A stretch of DNA of 63,421 bases, counting the filler, from Globobulimina sp. (Eukaryota), in the NCBI GenBank assembly GCA_003354225.1. It is 42 parts of 42 records of this genome, joined end to end, with 100 filler letters (N's around TTAATTAATTAA, not from the genome) between each part and the next. Parts side by side here need not be neighbours in the genome. Positions count along the whole stretch, not along the records: positions 36,311 to 37,722 come from PIVH01017086.1; positions 37,823 to 39,234 come from PIVH01017087.1; positions 39,335 to 40,746 come from PIVH01017088.1; positions 40,847 to 42,258 come from PIVH01017089.1; positions 42,359 to 43,770 come from PIVH01017090.1; positions 43,871 to 45,282 come from PIVH01017091.1; positions 45,383 to 46,794 come from PIVH01017092.1; positions 46,895 to 48,306 come from PIVH01017093.1; 34 more parts are not named here. One strand, given 5' to 3'. Position numbers and translations under genes: made by a program. Positions 36,311 to 50,123 of this stretch are shown piece by piece; within the stretch, counting starts at the first letter, position 1, and each line of letters opens with the position of its first letter. The notes below the pieces were generated by a model that worked only from the letters and a program-made list of their open reading frames with translations, was not told the DNA's origin and searched no databases.

Positions 36311-37722
36311 AAATCTTAATTTATCGCCAAAAGAAGAAGGAAACATCGGAAATATTTTCCAAAATTTATCTAAGACGGGACAGACGAATTTTGTACAATT
36401 TATCTCGCAAAAACTGCATAATTCCACTCGTCAATCCCTACAAAAATCATCCATTGATTTACTAATACAAAACGAAAAAGGTTTTGAATCTGTTTTACAA
36501 CTTCTAAATGCTATAACTTATATACATACAAATACCGGTGCACAGTCATCAAAAATATGACAGATAAATCCGCCAAAACATATTTAAGATTAACATTCAT
36601 AGAATCCACACCAACCCAAAGCATACAAGCAGCCACCAATGAATATGAATTACTATTTGATACTCCAGCCAACAAACAGAAAAATGACCTTCTTCATGGC
36701 CTCCATTCAGCTGCCACCTCCATCCAATCAATGGATGTAAATAATGTGTATCATGGATGGCTTTCAACATCTAATAATATAAAAACAACAGGAACTAAAC
36801 CACCCTCACTGGCCAGATCATTTGTGGATGAATTAAAAATTAAACATCAATCTGTTATAATAGCAGCTGTTGATAAATCATTGGAAAAACAGCTAAAAAC
36901 ACTCAAAGATGTTGTTATTTATGCATTAGCATTGGATGCAGAATATGGCGGATTTCATGAAACACCGAAATGGGCCATGACAGATGACATTGTTGAATCT
37001 AAAGTTATTGCAAAATCAACGGAAATGAGCTCGGAAATGTCATGGGAGGATGAGGATGATATATTGCTTGAAAAGGAGGAGGATGATTTATTGCCGCAAG
37101 TGTTATGTTAATATTTTACAGTTTTATATGTTTTATAAATGACACACATAAATACAGTGAGCGTATTCAACGAAAGATGGGAGAAAAAGCGCAAAAGCAA
37201 GAATATCGAGCCAAACATTTGCAAAAATGGCAGGATGGTTTACAAGGAAGGGAGAAAATTGTGGAAGATGAAAAAACGTATATAACACAGAAAGACTCTG
37301 ACATTCACAACAAAGAACAAACTATGTTCACAAAGTTATGTGTTGTATGTAATTTGTGGCAATGCACAAAACATTAAAAACAAATCAGAGAGCAACAATT
37401 ATTGACAATGAGCGAGGATTTAAAATGGAAAGGTTTGCAAAATAAACGTAATATATCGGAGATCGAACAAGAAACGCAATCGTTATTTATAATGGAACAG
37501 AAATTAAATCAACAACAAACGCAACAAAATAATGTTGCATTGGAATTGGAGACACGTAAACAAAGCATTGAGCAGAGAGATAAGGCATTAAATGATGAAT
37601 CTGAGGCAATGTTAGAAAGGGAAACTAACATTAAAAAGAGGGGAGATGTATTGAATGCGCAGAGTATAAAATTACGACAAGATAATGAAGAATATGTACG
37701 CGATAAACAGGTATTGGCAGAG
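36311..37722 (+). CDS. Multi-exon coiled-coil protein fragment
   Basis: Successive ORFs split by short AT-rich GT..AG segments (~36481-36545, ~37100-37157, ~37336-37390); Q/E/K heptads. Confidence 0.55.
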
Positions 37723-38490
37723 NNNNNNNNNNNNNNNNNNNNNNNNNNNNNNNNNNNNNNNNNNNNTTAATTAATTAANNNNNNNNNNNNNNNNNNNNNN
37801 NNNNNNNNNNNNNNNNNNNNNNTGGAGATCGTTCGAGATACATTGGTATGCTTTCTCATCGGAATTGGATCGTTGGGTAACGTTTGCAACATAACTTAAA
37901 AAAACGCCTGCAAACGGTACATATTATTTGGATATGGTCTAATCAAATTGAAGAACATTCACATTTACTTGCCAGGGTCCGCCATGTTTATTATTAAAAG
38001 TAAGTAGAAAGTTTTATTTTGAAAGTTTGTAAATCATTTAATTTACTGGTTACGTTTTAAAAAAATAGAACTATTATAAATCAATAAAATTAATATTAAT
38101 ATACAATGTTACAAATACGAATTTAGGATAACTATTCAATGAGGAATAATATTAAATGACGTGTAATTACTTTTGTCAATTTGTTTCTTAGAATTTAATT
38201 CAAAACACTTTTTTAATCCAAATGTATCGATAGTGATTGTAAAATCTTTAATTTGTTTCACATTTGATATCATGATTGCCTTTAAATTTATTTTCGTCAA
38301 TGTACGAATTGGAACTTTATTTTTATTTTCATAAAAAGATAATTTCATGTTTTTATTTTAAATTGATATCAACATCTTCGTTTTCATCATCTTCGTTTTC
38401 ATCAAAATATGCAATTTGTATTTTTCCAGATATCATAAAAAAATGCTTTGAGAATCATTCCATCCATTTTTAGCAAACGTTACAATTGTA

Positions 38491-38627
38491 CCGTAAATAC
38501 GTGAAGTTGAAAATACGTGAAGTTATCTGTAAATACGTGAAGTACTTCACGCATTTTCGATAACTTAGTTTGAAACAGTATATAAAATGCGTGAAGTACT
38601 TCACGTTGAACATAGTTTGAAACAGTG
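38491..38627 (+). mobile_element. Probable DNA-transposon end (pogo/Tc1-like TA|CCGTAAAT) with subterminal repeats
   Basis: AAATACGTGAAGT x3, palindrome CGTGAAGTACTTCACG x2, TAGTTTGAAACAGT x2; partner end not seen. Confidence 0.5.
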
Positions 38628-39019
38628 TTTGTGATTCAAACAATTCATTGCGCATACACTTTGATCTTCGTTGCTGAACACATGAAATCTTTGCTCGGAA
38701 ATGCAAACATTTTCTATGTATGGACAGTCATTCTCCATCCATTTCTCTGAATCCATTTCTCTGAATCAAACACTAAGAAATAGACAAACACTCAAAATAG
38801 AAAAGGAAAGAAAATATGTAAACATAAATGGGTGATTCCGCAACAAACAAAAACAAAGCATAACAACATAAAAATAAATAATAAATCAACACAAGAAAAA
38901 TAGAATTTAATCAAGAGTCCAATTAGAAACACATAAAATGATAAATATTAAATAGATAAATAAATAATAGCACTCATAGTTAACAAAGTACAAGAAACAT
39001 TTTCGAATTTATTCGGTGT

Positions 39020-39234
39020 CTAACCGCGTTTTTTCAGACGAAGTTTAAAGAATTTGGTTCCAGTTGGCAAAATCACTCCAAAGTAATAATACGCACTCAT
39101 TAATAGGCCAAAAATGATTCCAACCGTCAAAAATATCATAAATTCATCGCAGCTTATTTCTGTAAGCTTATTTCTTTCGTAATACGAATACACAAAACAC
39201 CATGGAAACAACACAAATCTGGTCGGATACGTAA
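39020..39234 (-). CDS. C-terminus of a TLC (LAG1/TRAM/CLN8)-like membrane protein
   Basis: YPTRFVLFPWCFVYS then final TM. Confidence 0.4.
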
Positions 39235-39334
39235 NNNNNNNNNNNNNNNNNNNNNNNNNNNNNNNNNNNNNNNNNNNNTTAATTAATTAANNNNNNNNNN
39301 NNNNNNNNNNNNNNNNNNNNNNNNNNNNNNNNNN

Positions 39335-39510
39335 GTTAAATGGATGTTTGTTTTTATATTGTCCCATAAATACTTCATTACAATGATTCGTTGTAGATGC
39401 TATTCCCATATACATATTGAAATCTTTGTTAACGATTTTTATTTCCCATATATGTATTCCTTTGGAGGCAATTTGTGCGCCATACACTGTTTTATACGGA
39501 CCATATCCTT
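39335..39510 (-). CDS. SPRY/B30.2-like fragment, apparently disrupted upstream
   Basis: TVYG..SKGIHIWEIKI..MYMGIAS. Confidence 0.6.
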
Positions 39511-39620
39511 TACATTCAACTCACCACCTTTATACCAAAACACTTGCTCTTGATTTGTTTCCGTTCCATCACAATAATAAAATTAAATCAAGTGAAAACT
39601 CAAGCGCTAGGATATTAAAC

Positions 39621-40746
39621 ATGTCGTTGGCGAAGCTTGAAGCAGCAGCCGAGTTATCAGGCAATCTCCAAAGTACTTTTAATTTCGTCACATCATTAAT
39701 ATTTTCCATAGTATATTTCATATCATTTTTTGGCCCGCCTTCATCAGATAAAGATGCACCGCAACAAAAAAATGCGCCACATCGTGGTAAGGCTGGAGGC
39801 AAAAGGAAAGTCAATCCAATAATCGTTAAAGTGGCCATCCTTTACGCCATGACTTACACCATTCGGTATTTATTATTTGTGATTTTATGGGCCATCGAAG
39901 ACGTTCCCTTACCATACATTTGGGAGGAAGAGATTTTAGAATATTTTTTCGATTTATGTTTTTCCATCGCAGCGTTTGCATTCAACCTATTGATGATTTT
40001 GCGATTACACACTGGTTTCCGAGGCACCATATATCAGACAAAAAAAGTAGATTTAATCATATTGTACACGCTTTTATCTGTGTCGTTCATTATCAATGAA
40101 TTTTATTTTATAATTCGCCATAACCGAAAAAAACCAGGGCATATTTTCTATCATGACAAGGTTAAGAGTGAATTTGGTGCGCATACCTACTTATTTCTGA
40201 TCGTAGTGATCCTTAATTTTGTGTTAGGCGGTATATTAATTTATAAATTTAATAAAAATGTGTGGAAATTGGTCGAGTTGCGGCAAGATGCAAACTCCAA
40301 ACTCCATTTGGATGAGCCGCGAGACCGCCGCGGTACCATTGAGACATTGGGCAAAACCATGGATGTGATGAGCAAGAAATTCCTGGGCATTTCTATAAAA
40401 TATACCTTATTATGTTCGATATGTATCGTTTTTACAAATTTACAGTTTTCGGGCTGGATCTTGTTACAATTTAATCGGATTGAAGATTATGAGACGATTT
40501 TATATTTTGATATTTTTTGGAGCTGGCTATTTGATGTGGTGTTAATTACCAATTTTGTTTGTATTTGGTTATCGTTTCCGTTTTCGAAACCATATTATTA
40601 TAAAAGATATATTTGTGGTTATTGGAATGAAAAATGTGAGTCGTGCTGTATGTATGTGGTTGGTCGACGTATTTATGCCGAAGAAAAAAAAAAAGGGAAG
40701 AAAATGGCGGAATATTTGGAACATCAAACTGAAAATAAAGATGATG
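39621..40746 (+). CDS. 7TM GPCR-like membrane protein
   Basis: About seven hydrophobic helices, Cys-rich proximal tail. Confidence 0.65.
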
Positions 40747-40846
40747 NNNNNNNNNNNNNNNNNNNNNNNNNNNNNNNNNNNNNNNNNNNNTTAATTAATT
40801 AANNNNNNNNNNNNNNNNNNNNNNNNNNNNNNNNNNNNNNNNNNNN

Positions 40847-42184
40847 ATCAACGCCCCTCTTATAACCAGCTGCAATCAAACACGTCTGCTCAAAATCCCA
40901 TATTGGCGCACCTTTCTCCTGCACAGCGCCCTGTTTTTCATCCTCATCGTCATCATCATCCTCATCGTCGTCATCATCATCATCGCTGTTATCCATATCA
41001 GCATCATCCGGCACCACAGCGCTGTAATCATCAGTGCCTGTTCCAAAGCAAGTGAGTATCGGTTGTTTCTCCGCCCGCGTTGCAATTGGCGCTGTTTGCA
41101 TAAAATCCGGTCTAACTCCCCATAAATCATCATCATCGATGCAGTTATCATCATAGAAAGGTCTGCTGACACAACTCGGTATGATGAGGAAATCGAACTG
41201 TATCGGTGTACAGTACAGCGTCGGTAAACTCGATATGGTGTAAATAAACTCATTGATACTGATCGCATATCGCGCATACGAGTCATATGAATCCCAAATA
41301 GTAAAATCCGTCTTGTAATTGAGGTTTACCATTGGCGACAAGCGATTGAATACAGCCATCATCCCATCGCATAAATACTTGGCTTTGCCAGGATCCGTTT
41401 GGATTAATTGTCGCGTGAAGGGGTCAATTTGTTCAAACCACTGCTTTGCAGTAAGCTTCGTGAACTTATCTCCCATCCGAGGATGCGATTCGTTGCCGTC
41501 CACAGAGTCTGGGTCTTTGCAGTCTGCGCAGTGTTTCTGATGCGACTCAATTCTGAATCGCATGAATGTGTCCACCAACGAGGATAACCATGGAAAGCCA
41601 TTGCTGATATCATAGGATTTCGCAATCACAAATCCCTTTTCGTCCACGGCCATACTGTGTTTTGTGGAGAACACGCCTTTTAAATATTTTTTACTCAGCT
41701 CAGCTGCTCTGGTTTTTTCTTGCTCGGTGCTCGACATTCGCAATGATAGTGGTGTGTCGTCTGATATTTTTGTGATTCTTTTCTTGGTCACGATCGACAC
41801 CAAAATGTCAAATATCTTTGTTTCATGGTCCTGTAACATTGGATACTTTTGAATGATATTTGCGATGATATCGCTTTCGTCCATATTTTCTAAATCATCT
41901 TCAACGCCTTCCATGTCATACGCTTCTTCGTGGAGATGATTTTCAAACTCTTCCACTATGAGTGATGCCTTTGTCTGTGGAATGTGAAGGGTTTGCAGTA
42001 ATTTCCGGTAAAATTGACCTTTGATTTTCTGCAATGGCTCCGACGGTGCAATATATTGTTTCATTAATTTGCCAGTTGGTGGTAGCTGATTTGGCAATAA
42101 ATGATAACAGCAAAATGAATATAATATTGCTTTTTGTTCGTCGTCGTTTAACAGTTGCGGATATTTGAGTAATTCAACGAGCAT
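40847..42184 (-). CDS. Internal part of a large hypothetical protein
   Basis: Open frame over almost the whole contig; poly-Asp tract. Confidence 0.6.
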
Positions 42185-42881
42185 ATCGATGCCTTCTGAA
42201 TCTTCAAATGCGTCCGGGTTCCAATCCTGTTATTATGGTATATGTAGGAGGGAAAACTNNNNNNNNNNNNNNNNNNNNNNNNNNNNNNNNNNNNNNNNNN
42301 NNTTAATTAATTAANNNNNNNNNNNNNNNNNNNNNNNNNNNNNNNNNNNNNNNNNNNNGATAGGACATCTAACGAACACATGAAAGTAAAAGATGAACTT
42401 TTGGTTGGAATGAATAGTAAATTGGAACAATTGAAAAACAAATATTTGGTTGCATTCATTAATAAAACAGTGGTTGACTTCGAAGGATTTGTTATTTCAA
42501 ATAAGAATAACTCAATGAATGGTTATTCTGAACGGTGGTTGTATACTTGCGAAAAATGTAGCTATGGTAATCATTATTTTCCAATAATAATACAACATTT
42601 TGACATGTAATACTGTCTCATATTAGTTATTCATTTTAGTTTGTGTGTTGTGTGCATGTTTTTGAGTTGTTTGATCTTTGAAATCTTTTCCAAACTTTTT
42701 GTTTGATCTTTGAATCTCCCATTAGCTCCATAAAATATGTGGTCATCATAAGCCAAATACTTGAAATAGTATTCTTGACATCTCTGATACTAAGTTTTGT
42801 GCAAAGTCAAAGTGAGCAAGTGAGTAAACGAGCATCCTTCCAAGTCATCAAACACGTAACCAAACAACCACAAACGTCATC

Positions 42882-43770
42882 ATGGCCATGCAAAAAGCAG
42901 ATAAATTCCTAATGATGGCAGACAAAAAAGCCACCAAATTCGATTGGTTTGGCGTGGCAAAACAGCAAAACCAAGAAGACGCCGCCGAAATCTACGCCAA
43001 AGCCGCCGCACAGTACAAAATCATCAAAGAATACGGCCAAGCCGGTCTATGTTACAGTAAATCAGCTCAATGCAACATGGCGGCACAGAATGACATCGAG
43101 GCCAAGGCCTCGTGGCGAGAGGCCGGTAAATGTTATCGCCACGTCGATTATAAAAAAGCCATTGAAGCGTATAAGAATGCAATCCAATTAAATTTAGATG
43201 CGGATAGATTTGGACAAGCGGCTCGATTACAGGAAGAGATCGGTGATATGTTGGCCGAGGACGACCATTTAGATGAAGCTATTGAATCTTACGAGCAATC
43301 TGCGGATTATTATGAGGCTGAAAACGACACTGGCAATAAAAATAAACGGTTGTTAAAAGTGGCTCATATGTGTGGCAGAGCAAAAAAATGGGCAAAAGCT
43401 ATTAAGATATTTGAAAACACGGCGAAACAGTCTGCGGATAACAATTTATTGCGATGGAAGGTGAAGGAATATATATTTAAAGCGATGTTGTTGCAAATTT
43501 GCATGTTGGGAGAGGATGATGTTAAGTGAATACATACGCAAATTCGCAAAAACATATTGAAATTGACTGTGATACACAGATTTTGAGAAAGAAAGAGATC
43601 AAATGGCCGACAGTGGGCAAGGATATTAATGAGAGATATTGCGATATCTCGGATATTTATGCGGGATCTCGTGAATGTAAGTTGATCATCCAAATTATTG
43701 ACTGTTTACCAACGGATATTGCAGAGTTTAAAGACGCAGTGGCTTCCTATGAAAGGATTTGTAAAGTGGA
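42882..43770 (+). CDS. SEC17: Alpha-SNAP (soluble NSF attachment protein), intron ~43521-43579, 3' partial
   Basis: EDAAEIYAKAAAQYK, GRF..AA-like DRFGQAAR, AIESYEQSADYYE, LLRWKVKEYIFKA, GSRECKL. Confidence 0.93.
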
Positions 43771-43870
43771 NNNNNNNNNNNNNNNNNNNNNNNNNNNNNN
43801 NNNNNNNNNNNNNNTTAATTAATTAANNNNNNNNNNNNNNNNNNNNNNNNNNNNNNNNNNNNNNNNNNNN

Positions 43871-44695
43871 GTAGAAAATTCTTCTATGTCTTCCTCTAAA
43901 TTTCTATGTCTTGCAGCCATTCTAACAGCAGATCTTACCAGCCATGGCAGGTTCGAGCCCGACAATGAGAATTTTTTTAATAACTTTTTTAAATTTTAAA
44001 CATTTAGCCAGCTTCATTTTGAACAGCTTTTAAACAATGAAAATAATGGATGACTCCTTAACATCAATTTTTATAGCTTTTCTTTATTGTAACGGGTATG
44101 TATTTTGATCATTTTGCGAATTATATAGCAATTTAGCAATTGTCGGGTTCGAACCTCTGACTGGCTACCAAATCGAGAAACACAGACTTTTCTACTTAGA
44201 CGTTGTCACATTGATACAAATCGATGAATATTATAAAGTCAGGGAGTGCAGCAGTATCTGAATTCAATTTTGAGGTTTTTTCAGAAAATAGATTCAGCCT
44301 GTTGGTTGATGATTAGCCGTACTATATACGATTACGCCTACATATTGATTATGTATTTTTCTGACCAAACATCAAAATTGAATTCTGATAAAAAGCTGCT
44401 GGTAGCCGGTCAGACGTTCGAACATGACAATTGGTAATTGCTATATAACTTTGTATGTGTTTGCAAAATGATCAAAATATATACCCGTTACAATAAAGAA
44501 AAGCTATAAAAATCTATGTTAGGGAGTCATTCGATTATTTTCATTTTTTAAAGGCTGTTAAAATGGAAGCAGGCTAATTTTTTAAAATTTTAAAAAAAAT
44601 TATATAAAATTTTCACTTTGTCGGGCTCGAACCTCTCATGGCTGGTAAGATCTGCTGTCTGAATGGCTGCAAGACATAGTAATAGAATTTTCTAC
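43871..44695. mobile_element. Foldback element, ~300-bp imperfect inverted arms (43871-44170, 44400-44695)
   Basis: Colinear reverse-complement match over the whole arms, e.g. CTATGTCTTGCAGCCATTC / GAATGGCTGCAAGACATAG and TTTTATAGCTTTTCTTTATTGTAACGGGTAT / ATACCCGTTACAATAAAGAAAAGCTATAAAA. Confidence 0.85.
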
Positions 44696-45833
44696 TTATA
44701 CTTTATTATGCAGAGGCAAACAGATGAACGATGTAAAGTGTAAATGATGTAAAGCGGAGAGCCACGCAAAGGGTTTTCATAAGAATTCAACATTGTCAGC
44801 GCAGCAGTAATGTAACATGTTTTGTCCGAAAAATACACACTCTAATAGACAGAGACAATCTTCAGCAGGCTGAGATTCATGACTTGCCGTACCTGACGTA
44901 ATTTTTATGCCCAATATGATTCTGCAATAACATTTGTGTTGTTTAGAGTGTAAAGTGATGAAAATGTGTTTTTGTATTTTAAATTGATTTTCGTCATTTT
45001 CGGCCTATTGTTGTGTTAATTATGGGAGATCCGCCATTGTTGTAGACTCGTGCTGGTGGCTGGGTATATTCTTCATGCCATATACCATTCGTATAAAGCC
45101 ATATTGTCAGCTATTAAGACTTTAGGGTTCCCAAATTGCATGCTCAGTATGACAACAAACGATATTGCGCAGATTAGTGTTTGAAGTCCTAAAATCATCA
45201 AAACCGTCTACTTTTCTTACATTCTGAACAAAATCAATCCATTCGAACCAAAAACAAGCAGCAATGCGTTTAGAATCAAATANNNNNNNNNNNNNNNNNN
45301 NNNNNNNNNNNNNNNNNNNNNNNNNNTTAATTAATTAANNNNNNNNNNNNNNNNNNNNNNNNNNNNNNNNNNNNNNNNNNNNTCGTAAATATTATGAAAA
45401 TCCGACCGTTGTTACAAGCATTTGTATTGTAATGCTAATGTCTCCACTTTGCGTACGTGCTCGAAGCCGTATCAACATAAGGTGCCGTCTAACACCCGTC
45501 ACGAGTCTCGGCATCGACTCACCCCCGGTAAGCTCCACTCGGCAAATACATTATTATGACGCATGACGTTCAAATACATACCTGCATAGAATCAATATTC
45601 ATCTCTACCGTTCCATTGTAACGTGTAATATTTTTGATTCATTTGCATCGTCATCTAATCCCTTTTATTATTAGAAATTATATATGTTTATATACACGAA
45701 CAGTATATTTGCTTTGGTTTTCTTGATCTTGGTGAACGACGGGTGCATTCAGTAAAAATGTGGTGCAATTTATGCTTGAAGAGGACGGAAAACTCGACTT
45801 TTTAATCATGTTTTTGGGTAGTTTTTGCAAAAA

Positions 45834-46751
45834 ATGATATTTGATGTATTGTTGTTATATTTATTGCAAATTGGTTCCAAAGCATCATTGAATTGGACAC
45901 AATCCATTTATCCAACATTACCCGTTGCAACATATAGTCCGTGCACAGGATATGACAGAAACACAAATAGCATTTGGATATTGGGTACAATTTGTTTTAA
46001 TTATCCCTAAAACTAATAATATTTTGAATTTAATACACTGAATACAGGAGGAGTACAAATACCATATGTCGATATTAGCAGTGCTCAATTAATCAGATAT
46101 GATGTCTATAAAAATAATTTGACTGTTTATCCAGATTTGCCAGTTGCTATTAGCTGTCATACTGAACATGCACTTATTGATAATACATTATATTTCGGTT
46201 ATTGGTCAGCAAATGCACCCAGTCATTATTTAGCATCATTTATTATGACATCAGCAATGTTCAATGCTACAGCTATTCCATTACAATTTTCTTCGTTTTA
46301 TCCCGGATGCATCACATCGTACAATAACAAATATATTATATTGTTGGGCGGGAATAGTCAAAATGGGGCATATTATTATGATTATTTTCAAATATATGAT
46401 ATTGACAAAAAGGAATGGATTAAAAATGGAACATCGTTGATCACAGCAAGACGCGGAGCGGGCTGTCAGGTTTACAATGACATTTTGTATTTGATTGGAG
46501 GTTGGAAGCAAACCAATATTCCATTGGATTCTGTCGATATTATAAATATTTCAAATATAACAAATATGGCTGGAATATCATGGGTAAGGTTGAATGATGC
46601 ATTGTATGCACCCACAGGAACAGTCGAAACAGTTCTTTATGATGATAAGATTTATAGTATCGGAGGTTATGAACATCCAACCTGCGGCATTACCGACGAA
46701 GTGGATATAATTGATACCAATACATGGCGTATATCATTGGCAATGTGTTGA
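45834..46751 (+). CDS. Secreted Kelch-repeat protein, intron 45985-46047
   Basis: Signal peptide; IWILG|G, IILLGG, LYLIGG, IYSIGG; splice restores the frame; similar to 24737-25540. Confidence 0.85.
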
Positions 46752-46894
46752 TCAGATAGTCATCCCCAAAATTAACCGATCCACAATCCAATGANNNNNN
46801 NNNNNNNNNNNNNNNNNNNNNNNNNNNNNNNNNNNNNNTTAATTAATTAANNNNNNNNNNNNNNNNNNNNNNNNNNNNNNNNNNNNNNNNNNNN

Positions 46895-48306
46895 CCATCT
46901 TCTTCCTCTTCTCTTTGTTTCAACACATCATTCAATTCAACAATTTCATTCACTAAGAACTCAATGATATTCATTGCAGTCTTTTCCATTGAATTCAATG
47001 AGTTTAATATCATCAAATCATTTGCCTCCAGTTCCTCCTCCTCCTCATCAGACAGCTCATCATTGCTCCCTTTAACATTGGTACTGTTTATATCGTCAAT
47101 ATCATCTTCAACGGAACTCAATGACTCTTCAATGCTCTCTGTGGCATTACTTGTATATTTATGCTGTTTTGTCCGTGGTGTCTCGGCTAACGACCCTCGC
47201 AATTTACTATATTCGCCAAGCAAATACTCACCAAAATAAGCAAACGCATTATATGTTACATATCCATTATTATCCGGGTCGTAGGCGGCCAATAACGACA
47301 ATCTTAACTGATCAATCAATGGATTTAACGACGCTCTCGATGCTAAGGGCGAATTGGGATTGCGTTCACACACAAAATATGCCAATGCGGCATAGACCAA
47401 CACATCAAATTGTATATAATTCATTAATATCGCACGAGATTCTTCCTTTTGTTTTTCGTTTATGTTCTGTTCATCGAATAATTGCTCCGTAAAATGACAC
47501 CACAATTTCAATAAACTAATTTGCGATCTACAAAATGCACGAATGTTTTCTACATTTTCCACAATATTTGTTGCATTTTCATAGTCTTCGTCCTCATCAT
47601 CCTCATCCATATCATACTCATCTTCATCTTCATACGAATCCTCATCATCGTCCTCCTCTTCATCTTCCTCATTGTCATCGGATTCAGATTCAGATTCATC
47701 ATATTCGTCATAGTCATCTTCATCGTCATCGTCATCGTGTTGCTCTGATTCAGATTCATCATTATGAGCGGAATCTGATTGTTGAGAGCTTTCAGTCTCC
47801 GATTGTTGCGAACTAGCACTGGTTTGTCCAGTTATTCCCGTATTGATTGCCGGTATTTTCTGCTTTTTATGTTTAGTGTTATTCTCATCCTCATTCTCAT
47901 CGTCATTGTCATCCCATTTTGTATATTGCAACGACATTTCTTTGGCAATAATATTTTCAATAAACTCCTCATATAATTGATGCAAATAAACTGCATTATT
48001 AATAAACTGTGTTTTGGTAATCTTATCCGTATTTATTTTATATTTCTTACTTTCTTCATTGATCTTTGTAATAAACATAGTGCTGTAATTACGAGAAAAA
48101 TCATAGATATCATCGATATATTTACTCATATACTTGGGCTTTATGCCATTATTTCGAGTCTCATATTCAATCTGTATGGCGAACAAAAACAAGCTCTGAA
48201 ACAGACTCTGCAGACACATCTCATCAATAAATAACTCATCATCATTCCCGTCAGCTTTCCCGCCAATTTTAGTAATATTAAATTGTTGATACAAGTACAA
48301 AAACAA
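46895..48306 (-). CDS. Internal part of an acidic protein with EF-hand-like loops
   Basis: Whole contig open; YDPDNNGYVTY; long D/E tract. Confidence 0.65.
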
Positions 48307-48854
48307 NNNNNNNNNNNNNNNNNNNNNNNNNNNNNNNNNNNNNNNNNNNNTTAATTAATTAANNNNNNNNNNNNNNNNNNNNNNNNNNNNNNNNNNNNNN
48401 NNNNNNCCAACACCACGCCAACACTTTGTTTGGACGACATACGCTGTATTGTTTATATGTTGCCTCAGCTCTGATTGTGCAGAAAATATATCAGACGATT
48501 CTGCAATTTTCATTTTAAAAAGGACTGTCACTGAATGCGTTAAATTTGTTGTTTATCTGCTAATTGAAGGATAGTTTGACGGTCTCCAGTGGTGTTTAGA
48601 CAAATTATGCTGTAAAAAGTGTTTAGACAAAGTCTTTAATTATAAAAAGAAGCAAATCACCAAATTAATGAAAAATATGGACAGTTTTAAATGTGGGAAA
48701 TGTCAATTATCAGAAATTCGCAAAGCAAAACTTGTGGGAAAGAAAAAAAGCAAAAAACGTAAACGTAATGACTGACTTTGAGGATTAATTTAATTATTTA
48801 ATTATTTATTTTTGTTATTTTTTGTGGTTTGATATGAGCAGTCTAAATTTTTTC

Positions 48855-48953
48855 CCGTCGACCAGGTCGCTCAGTGTTAATTGTTTTTCTCAGCGACCAC
48901 AATTTTTTCTACGGCGACCAGGTCGCTCAGTTGGTCGCTGGACTAAAACGTTG
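48855..48953. mobile_element. Probable DNA-transposon end with CGACC subterminal repeats (hAT-like)
   Basis: CGACCAGGTCGCTCAG x2 (48859, 48915) and inverted CAGCGACCA / TGGTCGCTG; ends AAAACGTTG. Confidence 0.45.
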
Positions 48954-50123
48954 GTCTCCACATTCACCACATGAATTATATCGATTGTTAATTGCAGCCT
49001 CACTTTTGCCACATAGCGGCCATAACCATTCAATGAGATTGTGCAATTTTTTGACAGTGTATGATGGAAATACATACCAATATGGTTTAGGGAAACCAAT
49101 GATAGTTTTTGTCGATGTTGATAAGACTTTCATTTTAGTGATGGTCAGCCCATTTTGTTGGCTAAATATCCATTTTTGTGGTTGCACTTGACAGCTGCAT
49201 GAATATTCTGAAATCCATCACTAAATACAACCAAATTGACACACAGGAACTGAGAGAGAGCATTGAGCAGAATCTATTTCGCCAACATCTTCATAGAATG
49301 TCATCGTAGGAATACTAATTGGATTTAATTGTTTATTGTTGAAGAAGCATATCTATGACGAAATCAATTTATATGCACGAATTTGTATAATACAACGGCG
49401 CTGACAGGCACAACCAGTAAAATGTTGAACATCATTCCAGTTAACTTTAATTATTGCCCGTTGGCTGGGGATTTAGATGTTGTGTGAATTATTTGTGCCA
49501 TATGTATTGATGAGCCATCAAATAAGACACATTTAAATGATTGTATATCATCATGGAGAGGCTGCAATGGTTCTACTTCGAATATTTGAACGAATGGGTT
49601 TGCAAACTTAAATCCATTTGTCATTCTTCCCACGCAATGGGAATGTACATATGGTGATGCGTATACATTATGTTGCTTTAATGACATGAACAAGGCGATA
49701 ATAAAAAATGAACAAGGCGATAATCTATTTTTCAAAGTGTTTTTCAAGATGATCCATTCTGTGACAAGTTGCGTTCGTTTGCTCAATGCTTATTGAGACA
49801 TCCTTGCATTTCTGCAACNNNNNNNNNNNNNNNNNNNNNNNNNNNNNNNNNNNNNNNNNNNNTTAATTAATTAANNNNNNNNNNNNNNNNNNNNNNNNNN
49901 NNNNNNNNNNNNNNNNNNTAAATGCTGAAAAAAAACTGGTTAGTAAAAAACTTCAATGGAGAAATGCGTTCCGATAGATAACCCCCCTCGAAATCCGATC
50001 ACCAAAAACACGTGGTCATCGTTAAGTGATTGTCATTGGGGTTTTATCAGTATTGAAAATTTGCAACACGTTTCTGAAATTTGCAACTGAAAGGACATTA
50101 TATTTTAATTTAAATTACAATCA

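Noticed and set aside
43940-44640. tRNA genes at GGTTCGA motifs
   Set aside because: No cloverleaf, acceptor stem or anticodon arm could be built
45440-45570. GC-richer patch as snRNA or other ncRNA
   Set aside because: No recognisable RNA motif; could be the end of a coding frame
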